Positions 32,165 through 42,484 of a DNA stretch of 64,000 nucleotides are shown piece after piece. This DNA comes from an uncultured archaeon. Lineage in GTDB: Archaea; Thermoproteota; Bathyarchaeia; Bathyarchaeales; Bathycorpusculaceae. The stretch covers positions 31,046 to 95,045 of the forward strand of contig CAWALK010000014.1 of NCBI GenBank assembly GCA_963782915.1. Direction: 5' to 3'. The notes beneath the pieces were generated by a model that was given only the letters and a program-made list of their open reading frames with translations, did not search any database and had not been told where the DNA came from. Numbering within the stretch: position 1 is the first letter of the stretch; each line of letters starts with the position of its first letter. The position numbers and the translations under genes were made by a program.

Positions 32165-34770
32165 ATGCAATATACTTTTAAAACCAAAATAATCGCTATA
32201 ATTATAATCGCGCTTTTAACAAGCTCAATCGGAACAATGGCATTAGCAAATGCACACACACCAGCATGGAACATCCCAACATATGCCTATGTTAGCGTTG
32301 CACCAAACCCCGCAGGACTAGGTCAACTCAGTCACCATAGGCATGTGGGTCCAAATACCGCCGCCAACCGCTGCTGGAACAAACGGAGACAGATGGCACG
32401 GTTTCAAAGTTACAATCACAGACCCAGATGGCCAAAACAAAACCTTAGGGCCATTCACATCCGACGCAACAGGAGGAACATGGACATCTTTCACACCTGA
32501 CAAACTGGGCAACTACTCGTTTGTTGTTACCTACCCAGGAGAAACAATGAAAGGCGAAAACAGAGCCGACCCAAGAAACGTATACATCGGCGACTACTTC
32601 ATGCCATCCACCAGCCCAGTAGCATACTTAACAGTACAGCAGGATCCAATCCCATTACTTCCAACCGCTCCACTACCAACAAGCTACTGGACAAGACCAA
32701 TACAAGCAGGAAACTACCCATGGTACCAACTTAGCGGCAACTGGCTAGGACTCGGCGCTCACTCATTCGCAGCAACAGGAAGATACAACGCCACAGGAAA
32801 CTACAACCCATACTCCAACGCGCCACTCGCAGCCCACATCATGTGGACAAAACCAGTCGCCTTCGGAGGTTTAATGGGCGGAGAATACGGCGGCAACGAC
32901 ATGAGCAACTTCTACTCAACCAGCCAGTATGAACCAAAATGGGCACCAATCATCATAAACGGCGTAATGTACTACACTAATTTCCCAGGAAGCTCCTCTA
33001 ACCCAACAGGCTGGACAGCACTCAACTTGAGAACCGGGGAAACCATTTGGACAACCAATACCACCGACATACTCAAATGCGGACAAATCCTTGACATGGT
33101 AAATCCCAACCAGTACGGTGGTATAGCGTACTTGTGGTCAGTACCATCAACCCAAGGCGGATTCGGCGCTCTACAAAACACCTACAAGATGTATGACGCA
33201 ATGACAGGCCAATACATCCTTAGTATCGTAAACGGCACCACAATGAACTTAGTTTCAGATTCAGGCGGAAACCTAATCGGTTACTATGTTAACTCAAGCA
33301 CAGCAAACCAATACAAGGCACCGACACTAAACTGTTGGAACTCAACACAAGCAATCTTCTACCCCAACAGCCAATACATAAAAGGTGTTACCTCAGACAG
33401 TTGGAATTGGAGACCAGCGCAAAACAGCACCATTGACTTCGGCCGTGGAATCATGTGGTCTAAACCAATAGCCACTAACTTGTCAACTGGCGCTTTCCCG
33501 GAAAACTCATCTCTATCCATTAACAGAGTCGACTCTGGTGTAGTACTCATGAACGCTGCAGGAGCGGCATACTTTAACGTTGGCTGGCAAGTTGACGCAG
33601 GATACAGCGCAGACACAGGCGAACAATTATGGATAGCCAATAGAACACTAACGCCATTCACAAGAGACCAAGTCACCAAATCCGGCTATGGTATGTACTT
33701 CTACATAGAAGCAGCCACAGGCAAACTGAGAGCCTACAGTCTTAACACAGGCCAATTGCTATGGGGACCAATTCAACTATCAGGCGACAACGGAAACACA
33801 CCTAACTCATACAACAGTATCGGCGGTTACCAAACTGAAATCGCAAACGGCGTACTATACATCATGGGCTTCGGAGGCGACATCTGGGCAATCAACGCAA
33901 GCACTGGCCAACAAGTCTGGTACACAAACACCAACAAACTTGTTGGAGAAGCTGGCTCAGACACACCATACGGTGTATGGCCACTATGGGTTTTCAGCGG
34001 AGGATCCATCGCAGGCGGAGTATACTTCCTCAACGTAGGACACGAATATAGCCCACCGCTCTTCCGAGGTGCAAAACAGCTTGCAATCAACATCACCGAC
34101 GGCTCACTGGTATGGGAAATAGCAGGCTTTGACGTAACAAACGCAGCCACCATAGTAGACGGTTACGCAACAGTGCTAAACGCCTATGACAATCAACTAT
34201 ACACCTACGGCAAAGGACCAAGCAAATTGACAGTTAATGCACCAAGCGTAGGAATCACAACAGCTACTCCAGTAACAATCAGCGGTACAATCACAGACAT
34301 AGCGGCAGGCACCAAACAGGAACAAACAAGCAGCCAACTTCCCCAACGGCGTTCCCGTAGTTTCTGACGCTAGCATGAGCCGATGGATGGAATACGTCTA
34401 CATGCAACAACCAATGCCAACCAACACAACCGGTGTACCAATTACTCTAAGTGTCCTTGACGCCAACGGAAACTATAGACAAATCGGCATGACCACCAGC
34501 GACGGCAGTGGAATGTTCACTTTCTCATGGACACCCGACGTTGTCGGCGCATATACAGTAGTCGCAAGCTTTGCAGGCTCAGAATCGTACTATCCATCAT
34601 CAGCCGAAACATCATTCCATGCGGCCCAAGCAGTATCAACAACAACCGCACCAGCTGAAAATCAACAATCAGTTGCCGACATATACTTCATTCCAGCAAT
34701 AATAGGCCTTTTTGTAGCTATAGTAATTGTTGGTCTAGCGATCATCTTAGTGCTCAGAAAACGTTCATAG
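32165..34770 (+). CDS. Large PQQ-like beta-propeller surface protein (frameshifts near 32330 and 34325)
   Basis: Signal peptide, LGPFTSDATGG, LPTSYWTRPI, propeller W-repeats, MSRWMEYVYMQQP, TGVPITLSVLDANGN, TM plus RKRS. Confidence 0.85.
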
Positions 34771-34961
34771 GTCAATCAAAAAATAAAATTCCATCTTTTT
34801 CTTTTTTTGTTCATGCATATCCAGGGGTCTTTTCCTGTTTTACGTTGCTCATGTTTGGATTAACCCCTCTGGCGCTTAACTAAAATCTTGACAGAATAGT
34901 TATAATTATTTTACAGAAGTTTTAAAAAGAATTATCGACTATTCAATAATAGACTACTTGT

Positions 34962-36764
34962 ATGCAATTAAAAAATGCAATAGGCGGATCAAAGGTATTA
35001 TCCGATAAGCTAATTGTAGATATTCTTGAAAGTATTACTGATTGTTTTTTTGCGCTAGATGAGCAATGGATTATTTTATTTGCAAATACAAAAGTTACCG
35101 AACTTTTTCAAGTTACCCTCCAGGATGTTTTGGGAAAAAATTTTTGGGAAAAATTTCCTCTCTATAAAGGAACTATTGTTGAAGAGAATTTCAAGAAAGC
35201 GGTAAATGACAATAAGTCCCAGCAGTTTGAAATACAAGGCATTTACACGAGTGATTATTACGAAGCCAAAGTTTTCCCTACAAAACAAGGTATCTCTGTT
35301 TTGTTTAGTATTATCACTAATCAAAAAGAAACAGAGAAAGCGATAGAAAAGAAACAGCAAGAGCTAAACTTAATTCTTGATTGCTCTCCGACCATTATTT
35401 TCTATAAAGATAAACAGGGCAGATTTCTTTTAGTTAACGAAGCATTTGCTAAAGCCCTTAAAGTTCCTAAGGAAAGCCTGTTGGGCAAAACCGTTTTCGA
35501 TATATATCCAAAAGAAGTTGCGCAGGCAATGACCAATGACGACATGGAAGTTATGCAATCAAGAACTCCAAAGATCGGTATAATTGAGCCTTATAAGTTG
35601 AACAATGAAACTAGATGGATAAGAACTGATAAAATTCCAACCGTTAATAGTAATGGCTCAATTGATGGTCTTATTGGATTTTCTGAGGAAATCACTGAGC
35701 GCAAAAAAGCTGAAGACGCATTACAGCGCAATAATACAAGGGTTAACGAGATCCTTGAGAGTATTTCCGATGATTTTATGGTCCTTGATTTTAACTGGAA
35801 TTATGTTTATGCTAATAGGCAAGCGTCTAAATTGGTTGGTTTTGGGCCACTGGAAATTGTTGGAAAAAACTATTGGGAGTTGTTTCCTCAGAATAAAGGT
35901 ACAGAGATTGAATTTAATCTACGTCAGACCATGGAAAAGAGAGAGATTAGGCGGTTTGAAATTCATGGTCAATATTCGAAAAGAGATAAGATCATAACCG
36001 CCTATCCTTCAGTTGAGGGCATTGCTCTAATAGCAACAGATATAACAGAGCGCAAAAGCTTGGAGAGACAGTTGCACGAAAAAGAACGTTTGGCTGCTAT
36101 TGGCCAGACTGCTGGTATGGTAGGGCATGATCTGCGTAATCCCTTGCAGACAGTAGTTGGTGAGCTCTATATTGCAGAGAGTGAAGTAAATTCGATGCCT
36201 AAGAGTCAACAGCAGGCTTGTTTGAAAGAGAGTCTTGATAGTATTTCAGAGCAAGTCTGCTATATGGACAAAATTGTTAGTGATCTACAGACGTTCGTGA
36301 AACCAGTGGATGCTATTAAACAAATTGTTGGCATTAGAGAATTAACAATTTCTACTTTAGCACAAATAGACATTCCGAAAAATATCCGGTTAAGCTTGGA
36401 TATGACAGATGAAATAAAAGTAGAAACAGACCCTCAATTACTGAAGAGAGTCTTGATCAATTTGATTACTAACTCCATACAAGCCATGCCGTTAGGTGGA
36501 GAATTAACAATTCAATCATACGACAGTGAAAACGATTCTATTCATATTATAGTTAAAGATACCGGCGGAGGAATACCGGAAGAAATTAAGTCGAAAATCT
36601 TTACACCGCTGTTTACGACAAAATCCAAGGGCCAAGGATTTGGGTTGGCCGTATGTAAAAGAGTCATTGAGGCCCAAGGTGGGAACATTACTTTTGAAAG
36701 CGAAGTTGGAAAAGGCACTAAATTCATAATAAAATTAACATCCTCAAGGCGTGCGCTCGAATAA
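34962..36764 (+). CDS. Cytoplasmic triple-PAS sensor histidine kinase
   Basis: Three PAS repeats, GHDLRNPL, NLITNSIQA, DTGGGI, FTTKSKGQGFGL. Confidence 0.93.
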   Translation: MQLKNAIGGSKVLSDKLIVDILESITDCFFALDEQWIILFANTKVTELFQVTLQDVLGKNFWEKFPLYKGTIVEENFKKAVNDNKSQQFEIQGIYTSDYYEAKVFPTKQGISVLFSIITNQKETEKAIEKKQQELNLILDCSPTIIFYKDKQGRFLLVNEAFAKALKVPKESLLGKTVFDIYPKEVAQAMTNDDMEVMQSRTPKIGIIEPYKLNNETRWIRTDKIPTVNSNGSIDGLIGFSEEITERKKAEDALQRNNTRVNEILESISDDFMVLDFNWNYVYANRQASKLVGFGPLEIVGKNYWELFPQNKGTEIEFNLRQTMEKREIRRFEIHGQYSKRDKIITAYPSVEGIALIATDITERKSLERQLHEKERLAAIGQTAGMVGHDLRNPLQTVVGELYIAESEVNSMPKSQQQACLKESLDSISEQVCYMDKIVSDLQTFVKPVDAIKQIVGIRELTISTLAQIDIPKNIRLSLDMTDEIKVETDPQLLKRVLINLITNSIQAMPLGGELTIQSYDSENDSIHIIVKDTGGGIPEEIKSKIFTPLFTTKSKGQGFGLAVCKRVIEAQGGNITFESEVGKGTKFIIKLTSSRRALE

Positions 36765-36895
36765 ACTCTGAAATAAAAAGCAGCCTTAGCCGAAATGGAT
36801 AATTTTTTAGTTCAGTAATTTTGCTTAATGGTTAATGGCCAGAACATGATATTGAAAGAGTCTGCAGCCATTGTAATTGACTGCGCTTAAGGTTG

Positions 36896-36963
36896 TCTGA
36901 GGTAGCTTGGTGAAAAGAAGAGACTCCTATGAGGTTGAGCGTTCGCTCCCCCGCTTCCTCAGA
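36896..36963. other. Branched hairpin in convergent intergenic region (terminator or ncRNA candidate)
   Basis: TCTGAGG.AGC ... GCT.CCTCAGA closing stem, with internal GAGC-GTTC-GCTC and CTC-CTAT-GAG hairpins. Confidence 0.35.
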
Positions 36964-36996
36964 GTTGTGTTAAGGTGACTTGAGGTTGGTTATTTA

Positions 36997-37591
36997 TTAT
37001 GGTTTGCTGAGATTCTGTTGGTTGGGCGGTTTTGTGGCTGTCTTTTTGTCATTTTTGAAGAATTTATCGAGCACCAGATTCAAGTGATCAAGGTAGTCTT
37101 CTTCTGGTCCAACGTAACTTTGAACCACAAGCAAAGCTCTTTTGTTGATTTCAGTTTCTGACACCTTTCCTCATTTCAGTTTCTGATATCTTCCTTTTTG
37201 TAATGCAGGCTTCTATGTCTTGAATGTCCCTTGCGTTTAGTCGCCCAATTTTGGTTACGATTATGTCGACTGGTTGGAGAGCCCTCAGGGAAATATGGCT
37301 GAATTCCTTGATTTCTATGCTTTTCTGTAGGTAATCTTTGGGTAGCGTTTGGCAAAAAACGCATCCGTCAGTCCATCGGTCAACTTTATAGCCGGGCGGA
37401 TTGCTTTTAAGGGCTTGCTCAAATTCCAGTCTGTCGCAACCTGGAATCGTGAAGTCAATGTCAATGGTTGATTGTTTGAGGTCAAGCAGAGTCATGGCTG
37501 TTCCGCCTGCAGCAACCAGAGTGATCTTCTTTGGCAGGTCCTCGTTTAGTACGCTTAGAAAGTCGAAGAGGGCACTTTTGTCACAGGGCAT
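36997..37591 (-). pseudogene. DUF6036-like nucleotidyltransferase, frame broken by a 25-bp tandem duplication
   Basis: AGGTAMTLL.LK.ST.DIDF and DI..TKIGR...RDI.DI; the C-terminus continues in another frame to TAA at 36997. Confidence 0.75.
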
Positions 37592-38633
37592 TGTAGAGTT
37601 CCAGCTTTTGTAGTATACTTTCTTTATCTGCAGGAAGTTCTTGGGGGTTTATCGCTTTTAAGATTTTAAGCGTATTCTCAACTTCTGATTTAGGATTAGT
37701 TTGCCCCAAAACTTTAAGGATTCCCAAAAGTCTGGGTGATACTTCGTACTTTTGGCTGAGAAATGATAGCAGGTTACTGTTAAAATTGTTCTTAGCAAGA
37801 ATAACCGCCACTGCATCAAGTCCTCGTGCTTCTTCTCGCATAAGCAAAGAGGTTACGATGTATTCGATACAGAATTTTTTGCCCTCGACGATGCTGGCGC
37901 CAAACTCGCGGTATCCAAACCTGTTTAGGTTAAAGTTTAGGTCCAACTCGGATATGTTTAACGGTTTAGTTTCTGTTTGCAATGTTTTGATTTGGTTTTT
38001 TTGGGCTGTTTCTTTGATTTGGCTCCAGAAGCCTTGAGGATTGTAGAGGGTTATCTGTTGACTTAGAGCTTCTCTAAGCGGATTGATTTCATCTGATGTT
38101 AATAGATTAAAAAAATCTTTTTTGTCTAAAATTAGGTTGTTTATTTTTAGGTTATGTTTTCTTTGGAGGTTTAGTGTGGTTTTTTGGAGTTCTATTGTTT
38201 CGTTGGGGTAATCAGGAGTTTCATTGAGCAGAGAGAGTAATTCTATTCTGTTGAGTTTAGTGTTCTTTAGCAGGTTGATTGTACTGATCGATCTTATGCA
38301 GCACCTGTCACTTAGGGATTTATCCATTTCAGTTAAAAAGGGGAATAGGCTGGTTTTTTTGTTTAGGAATTCTATTTTCTTTTCTATTTCCATTTCCGAT
38401 AAAGTGTCAATTAATAGGTAGTTTTCAAAATTCAGGTTAACGTTTGAAGACCGCCCAATTGGTTCCAAATTGAGCAAGCCATTGTCTTTTAGATTCTGTA
38501 ATTTTTCGTAAATGTTTGCGTAATAGGCAGACCCATAACGGTCTTTCATTCGGTTAGTTAATTGGTTAATGGATAAAGAATCGCCTATACTGGATGAAAT
38601 CGTATCTAAGATTCGAATTGTGGTTTTATCCAT
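37581..38633 (-). CDS. wHTH plus degenerate nucleotidyltransferase-like regulator (putative antitoxin)
   Basis: N-terminal SINQL...YYANIYEKLQNL..GLL wHTH; overlaps the downstream NTase start. Confidence 0.65.
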   Translation of the reverse strand: MDKTTIRILDTISSSIGDSLSINQLTNRMKDRYGSAYYANIYEKLQNLKDNGLLNLEPIGRSSNVNLNFENYLLIDTLSEMEIEKKIEFLNKKTSLFPFLTEMDKSLSDRCCIRSISTINLLKNTKLNRIELLSLLNETPDYPNETIELQKTTLNLQRKHNLKINNLILDKKDFFNLLTSDEINPLREALSQQITLYNPQGFWSQIKETAQKNQIKTLQTETKPLNISELDLNFNLNRFGYREFGASIVEGKKFCIEYIVTSLLMREEARGLDAVAVILAKNNFNSNLLSFLSQKYEVSPRLLGILKVLGQTNPKSEVENTLKILKAINPQELPADKESILQKLELYNAL

Positions 38634-38653
38634 GGCTCTTTACCACCGATTGT

Positions 38654-38693
38654 TATAGTAAAATTACTATATAATTATAGTAAAATCGCTATA
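38654..38693. promoter_or_regulatory. Tandem palindromic operator
   Basis: TATAGTAAAATTACTATA (38654-38671) and TATAGTAAAATCGCTATA (38676-38693) just upstream of the wHTH gene. Confidence 0.6.
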
Positions 38694-38744
38694 ATAAAAA
38701 GATGTTGGATACGAACCCTTGCTAATAGAAACCTTAGCGTAAGT

Positions 38745-38772
38745 TACTTAGATACATAATATTATGTACTTA
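38745..38772 (+). repeat. 28-bp exact inverted copy of the promoter/start of the 57372-57989 gene
   Basis: TACTTAGATACATAATATTATGTACTTA is the reverse complement of 57981-58008 and contains the palindrome TACATAATATTATGTA. Confidence 0.8.
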
Positions 38773-38996
38773 AGGTCACCATGCGAGGGCAAGAAGTAAA
38801 ATGCTTAGACTTAGTCGGTGGTAAAGCCTGCCTAGGCATCCATAATGTTTCTTTTGTTATTTGTTACCCCTGGTAAAGGGGTTTGGTTGCAACAACAATC
38901 TAAATTCTTCTTAGCGTGAACTGTGGAGCGTTAGAATATTTGAAGGGCAATTACGGGTATGGCAAACTCAGAGCAAAACAACGTTCACAATGCAAC

Positions 38997-39536
38997 TTAG
39001 TTTTCGTTCTCTACTTCGATGGCTACTTCATTTCTTCTCAAAAAACTTGGCGTGAACGGTGGATTATATAGCATAGTAAAAATACTTCCTTTAGTTTTCA
39101 TTTTTGCGTTAGCCAATTCTTCCAGCAGTTCTTTAATTTTTTCTTTAATGTGAGTTTCAGACCAGCTTCCTGAGAAACGCAAAACAGCCAAAACCCTTGA
39201 AGGTACCTCTTCTATTTTGACACGGCTATCTAAAGGCGATGGTGTAGTTTCAAGACTAAGTTCTGAAGGCATAACAAAAGCCATGTAACCCTCATTTGAG
39301 AAATCTGACAGAACTGGCGCTGTCATCTTTATTTTTTGGGAGACTTCTTGTGTAACAACAGGCGCTGTCATTTTCACTTTTTCGTTTTGCCTATTACCTC
39401 CAGAGATAAAACTGAAAAGTAGACCGAAACTATCAGCCTCATAGTTGCTTACTTTTGCTAAAATGAATTTAGAATAGCGTCGAATTTCAACTTTGTCAAG
39501 TTTACGAATTACTTCATACCTGAGTGTTTCTACCAT
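38997..39536 (-). CDS. SOUL family heme-binding protein
   Basis: EIRRY, F..L..FI.G.N, KMTAPV, YNPPFT..FLRRNEV. Confidence 0.9.
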   Translation of the reverse strand: MVETLRYEVIRKLDKVEIRRYSKFILAKVSNYEADSFGLLFSFISGGNRQNEKVKMTAPVVTQEVSQKIKMTAPVLSDFSNEGYMAFVMPSELSLETTPSPLDSRVKIEEVPSRVLAVLRFSGSWSETHIKEKIKELLEELANAKMKTKGSIFTMLYNPPFTPSFLRRNEVAIEVENEN

Positions 39537-39641
39537 AGGTTTTATGGAGTAAGATTCGATGATTTAACTTTTTTTAATAGCCTTGTTTTAGTATGAGGCT
39601 AAGAGCTTTACTTACTTTTTATATAACACATATCCTGAAGT

Positions 39642-40502
39642 ATGTATATGCAGATGGCCGGCAAAGTTTGCGTGGTAACTGGTAGCAATTCAGGTATAGG
39701 CAAAGAGACCGCTCTTGCGTTACTGGGGATGGGTGCAACTGTAGTAATGGTTGTGCGAAGCCAGGAGAAAGGGCAGAAAGCATTAGATGAAATAGTTTCT
39801 AAAACCGGTAACCATTCTGTTAGTTTAATGATTTGCGATATGTCCTCGATGGCTTCTATACGAAGATTTGCTGCCGATCTAAAAAATAGATTTAGCAATT
39901 TAGATGTTCTAATAAATAACGCAGGGGCTGAATTTGTTAAGAGGCAAGTGACCGCTGAAGGTTTTGAACAGACCTTTGCCGTTGATTATTTAGCTCCTTT
40001 TCTTTTGACCTGCGAACTCTTGGACTTGTTTAAAGCCAGTGCGCCTTCAAGAATTATTAATGTTAGCTCCGGTCTTGCGAAGAATGGCAAAATCGATTTC
40101 GATGACTTGCAGAACGAGAAGAATTACAAGGGTATGCAGGCATACTCAAATGCTAAGCTGATGCTTATGATGTTTAGTTATGAGCTATCAAGACGGTTGC
40201 AGGGGACTGGAGTTACCGTAAATGTTTTGATGCCTGGTTTTGTTGCCACTAATTTGGGTAAGAATAGCGGAAGCCTTAGTTCTGCTATAATGTTTACCAT
40301 GGTTCGTCCAATGCAAATTAGTGCTAAGAAGGGTGCAGAAACATCGGTATATTTGGCGTCAGCTGATGAAGTTAAGGATGTGTCCGGAAAATGCTTCGCT
40401 AAAAAGAAAGAAGTTGAAACTTGCCCAGTGTCGTATGACCAAGAAGCACAAAAGCGTCTGTGGAATGAAACTGTCAAACTTCTCTCTTTAAAAGAATGGT
40501 GA
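39642..40502 (+). CDS. Short-chain dehydrogenase/reductase (retinol-DH-like)
   Basis: TGSNSGIG, NNAG, YSNAK. Confidence 0.92.
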   Translation: MYMQMAGKVCVVTGSNSGIGKETALALLGMGATVVMVVRSQEKGQKALDEIVSKTGNHSVSLMICDMSSMASIRRFAADLKNRFSNLDVLINNAGAEFVKRQVTAEGFEQTFAVDYLAPFLLTCELLDLFKASAPSRIINVSSGLAKNGKIDFDDLQNEKNYKGMQAYSNAKLMLMMFSYELSRRLQGTGVTVNVLMPGFVATNLGKNSGSLSSAIMFTMVRPMQISAKKGAETSVYLASADEVKDVSGKCFAKKKEVETCPVSYDQEAQKRLWNETVKLLSLKEW

Positions 40503-40532
40503 AATGTAGATAGTAGCGGAGGAATTGTCGAA

Positions 40533-41273
40533 GTGCGTCGACGTTTCAAAGTACTCATTGTCGTTTTAATTGCTGTGTTGATTGTTACTTCTGGTTTTGT
40601 TATTTGGGCTGAAACGCCTCCGACTCCAATGCAACAAGCTTATGACGCAATAAAGTCCGATACAAACGTTAATGTCATACAAGGGCGCTGGTTAGTGTTT
40701 GAGCCTACTGCAGTTAACTACACGACTGGTTTTATTTTCTACCCAGGTGGCAGAATAGACAGTCTATCCTATGCGCCTTATGCACATGCAATAGCCGCTC
40801 AGGGATATTTGGTAATCATTGTTCCTATGCCTCTTAATTTGGCCGTCTTTGGTGTCAACTCAGCCAATGACGTAATTGTTGCTTACCCGAATGTCACTGA
40901 GTGGGCAATTGGCGGTCACTCTTTAGGTGGCAGCATGGCGGCACAGTACATCCATGACAACCCCAACAAAGCTGAGGGTCTAGCCCTGTGGGCGTCCTAT
41001 CCTCCTTCAGGAGTAGATCTATCCGAGTTCAACATTACTGCAGTGACTGTTCATGGTACAAACGATGGCCTCGTCAGCAGTAAGCAAATTGATGATTCTC
41101 TAAAGCAGCTACCGCCAGTAACTGTTAGAGTAGAGATCAATGGTGGTAATCATGCACAGTTTGGATGGTACGGTTCGCAATCCGGCGATAACTCAGCCAC
41201 AATTAGCAGGGAAGAACAGCAGAGTATCACAGTAAATGCTACTGTACAGATGCTTACAGAATTAGGAACTTGA
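40533..41273 (+). CDS. Membrane-anchored alpha/beta hydrolase
   Basis: FYPGG, GHSLGG, GTNDG, GGNHAQFG.YG.Q.GD. Confidence 0.9.
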   Translation: MRRRFKVLIVVLIAVLIVTSGFVIWAETPPTPMQQAYDAIKSDTNVNVIQGRWLVFEPTAVNYTTGFIFYPGGRIDSLSYAPYAHAIAAQGYLVIIVPMPLNLAVFGVNSANDVIVAYPNVTEWAIGGHSLGGSMAAQYIHDNPNKAEGLALWASYPPSGVDLSEFNITAVTVHGTNDGLVSSKQIDDSLKQLPPVTVRVEINGGNHAQFGWYGSQSGDNSATISREEQQSITVNATVQMLTELGT

Positions 41274-41422
41274 TAGTTATTTCACAACTATGCGTTTCAA
41301 GTTGGCTTGCCACCGGTGGACACGCGCTTTGTGGATTTTGTCAGGGATTGTCCTTTAGAGGACATATTTAGCGTGCGCGCTACCGTAAAGAATTATAAAT
41401 ATTCAAATCTAATAGCAACCAG

Positions 41423-41860
41423 ATGGACGACAAAGAAGTGGCTAAAGATCACACAACAATGACTAAAGAAGAGGTTTACAAAGACTACGGCGTGTTCAGC
41501 AGTGTCAAAAGTAAGTCAAAAACCAAGACGCGAAGACCACCTAAACAACTAAAGCAGTGTTCCAAATGCGGCAGAGTAGGCGATGCAATGACTAAGCATT
41601 CACTCACAGGTGAGCATAAGCCGCCTTTCATATGGCTGTGCAGGCGACCGTGCCATGACGAAGTGCACAAGTTCGGCCTAAAAATGACAAAAGAACAAAA
41701 AGCAGCACTAAAACACCAGCCACAATGCAGCATACAATTCCCCACAGAAACTAACATTTCCAATCCTTACTCCAAACTGATTGTGCCTGAATCGCTGGAG
41801 GGGGAAAAATTCAAACAGTCTTTCAAGCGAATAAATTCTGAAAATAAAGAATCAGAATAA
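41423..41860 (+). CDS. Zn-binding HNH-like hypothetical protein
   Basis: CSKC...TKH...LCRRPCHDEVH. Confidence 0.5.
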   Translation: MDDKEVAKDHTTMTKEEVYKDYGVFSSVKSKSKTKTRRPPKQLKQCSKCGRVGDAMTKHSLTGEHKPPFIWLCRRPCHDEVHKFGLKMTKEQKAALKHQPQCSIQFPTETNISNPYSKLIVPESLEGEKFKQSFKRINSENKESE

Positions 41861-41907
41861 AAAAGCTGAAAAACAAATTAATAGCTTACTTGAGGTTGAA
41901 GTAAGCG

Positions 41908-42198
41908 TTACCCGAATTTTGCGAGCACTTCTCGTCCTAAATCGGTTATTTCGACGGCGTAGAACTCGTAGGGCTCGATTCTTTTTGGGGTTTCAAGTAT
42001 GTCGATGAGCTTTGATTTTGACAGGTGCCTTACTGCGTCGTTTAGGCCTTCAGGCATCAAACCTGTCTTCCTGTGTAAGAGGTCCACTTTCACCAACAGA
42101 CCTTTCTCAAACTGAGATAAGTCTACAAGAACCTGTTTGGCCGACTGGTCAAGCAAATCGAAATCATCTTGTTCAAAATCTTCAACCATAAAAAACAC
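41908..42198 (-). CDS. Small winged-helix-like protein
   Basis: LNDAVRHL...KLID...VEITDLGREVL wing motif. Confidence 0.5.
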   Translation of the reverse strand: MFFMVEDFEQDDFDLLDQSAKQVLVDLSQFEKGLLVKVDLLHRKTGLMPEGLNDAVRHLSKSKLIDILETPKRIEPYEFYAVEITDLGREVLAKFG

Positions 42199-42484
42199 CT
42201 ACCTCTAACTAAAGCAGTCTTCAAATAAAAACCATTTGAAATGTTAGTAATTCCTGCGTTAATTACACTAATGGTGAATTCAGAGGTTTTGGCTAAATTT
42301 AGCAATTCAATTCCAATTCCGTGCGATATTCTAAGACAGCTCGATTTTTTATATTTAACCAATTTCTGATTTAACATTTGGTGATCTTGTTTTTACTAAT
42401 TTTTTATGATATAAACCGTAACAATGCAAGGTTTTAAAAATAAAACCAACCAATAAGTAGATTATCGTTTATAGGAGAATAAAA

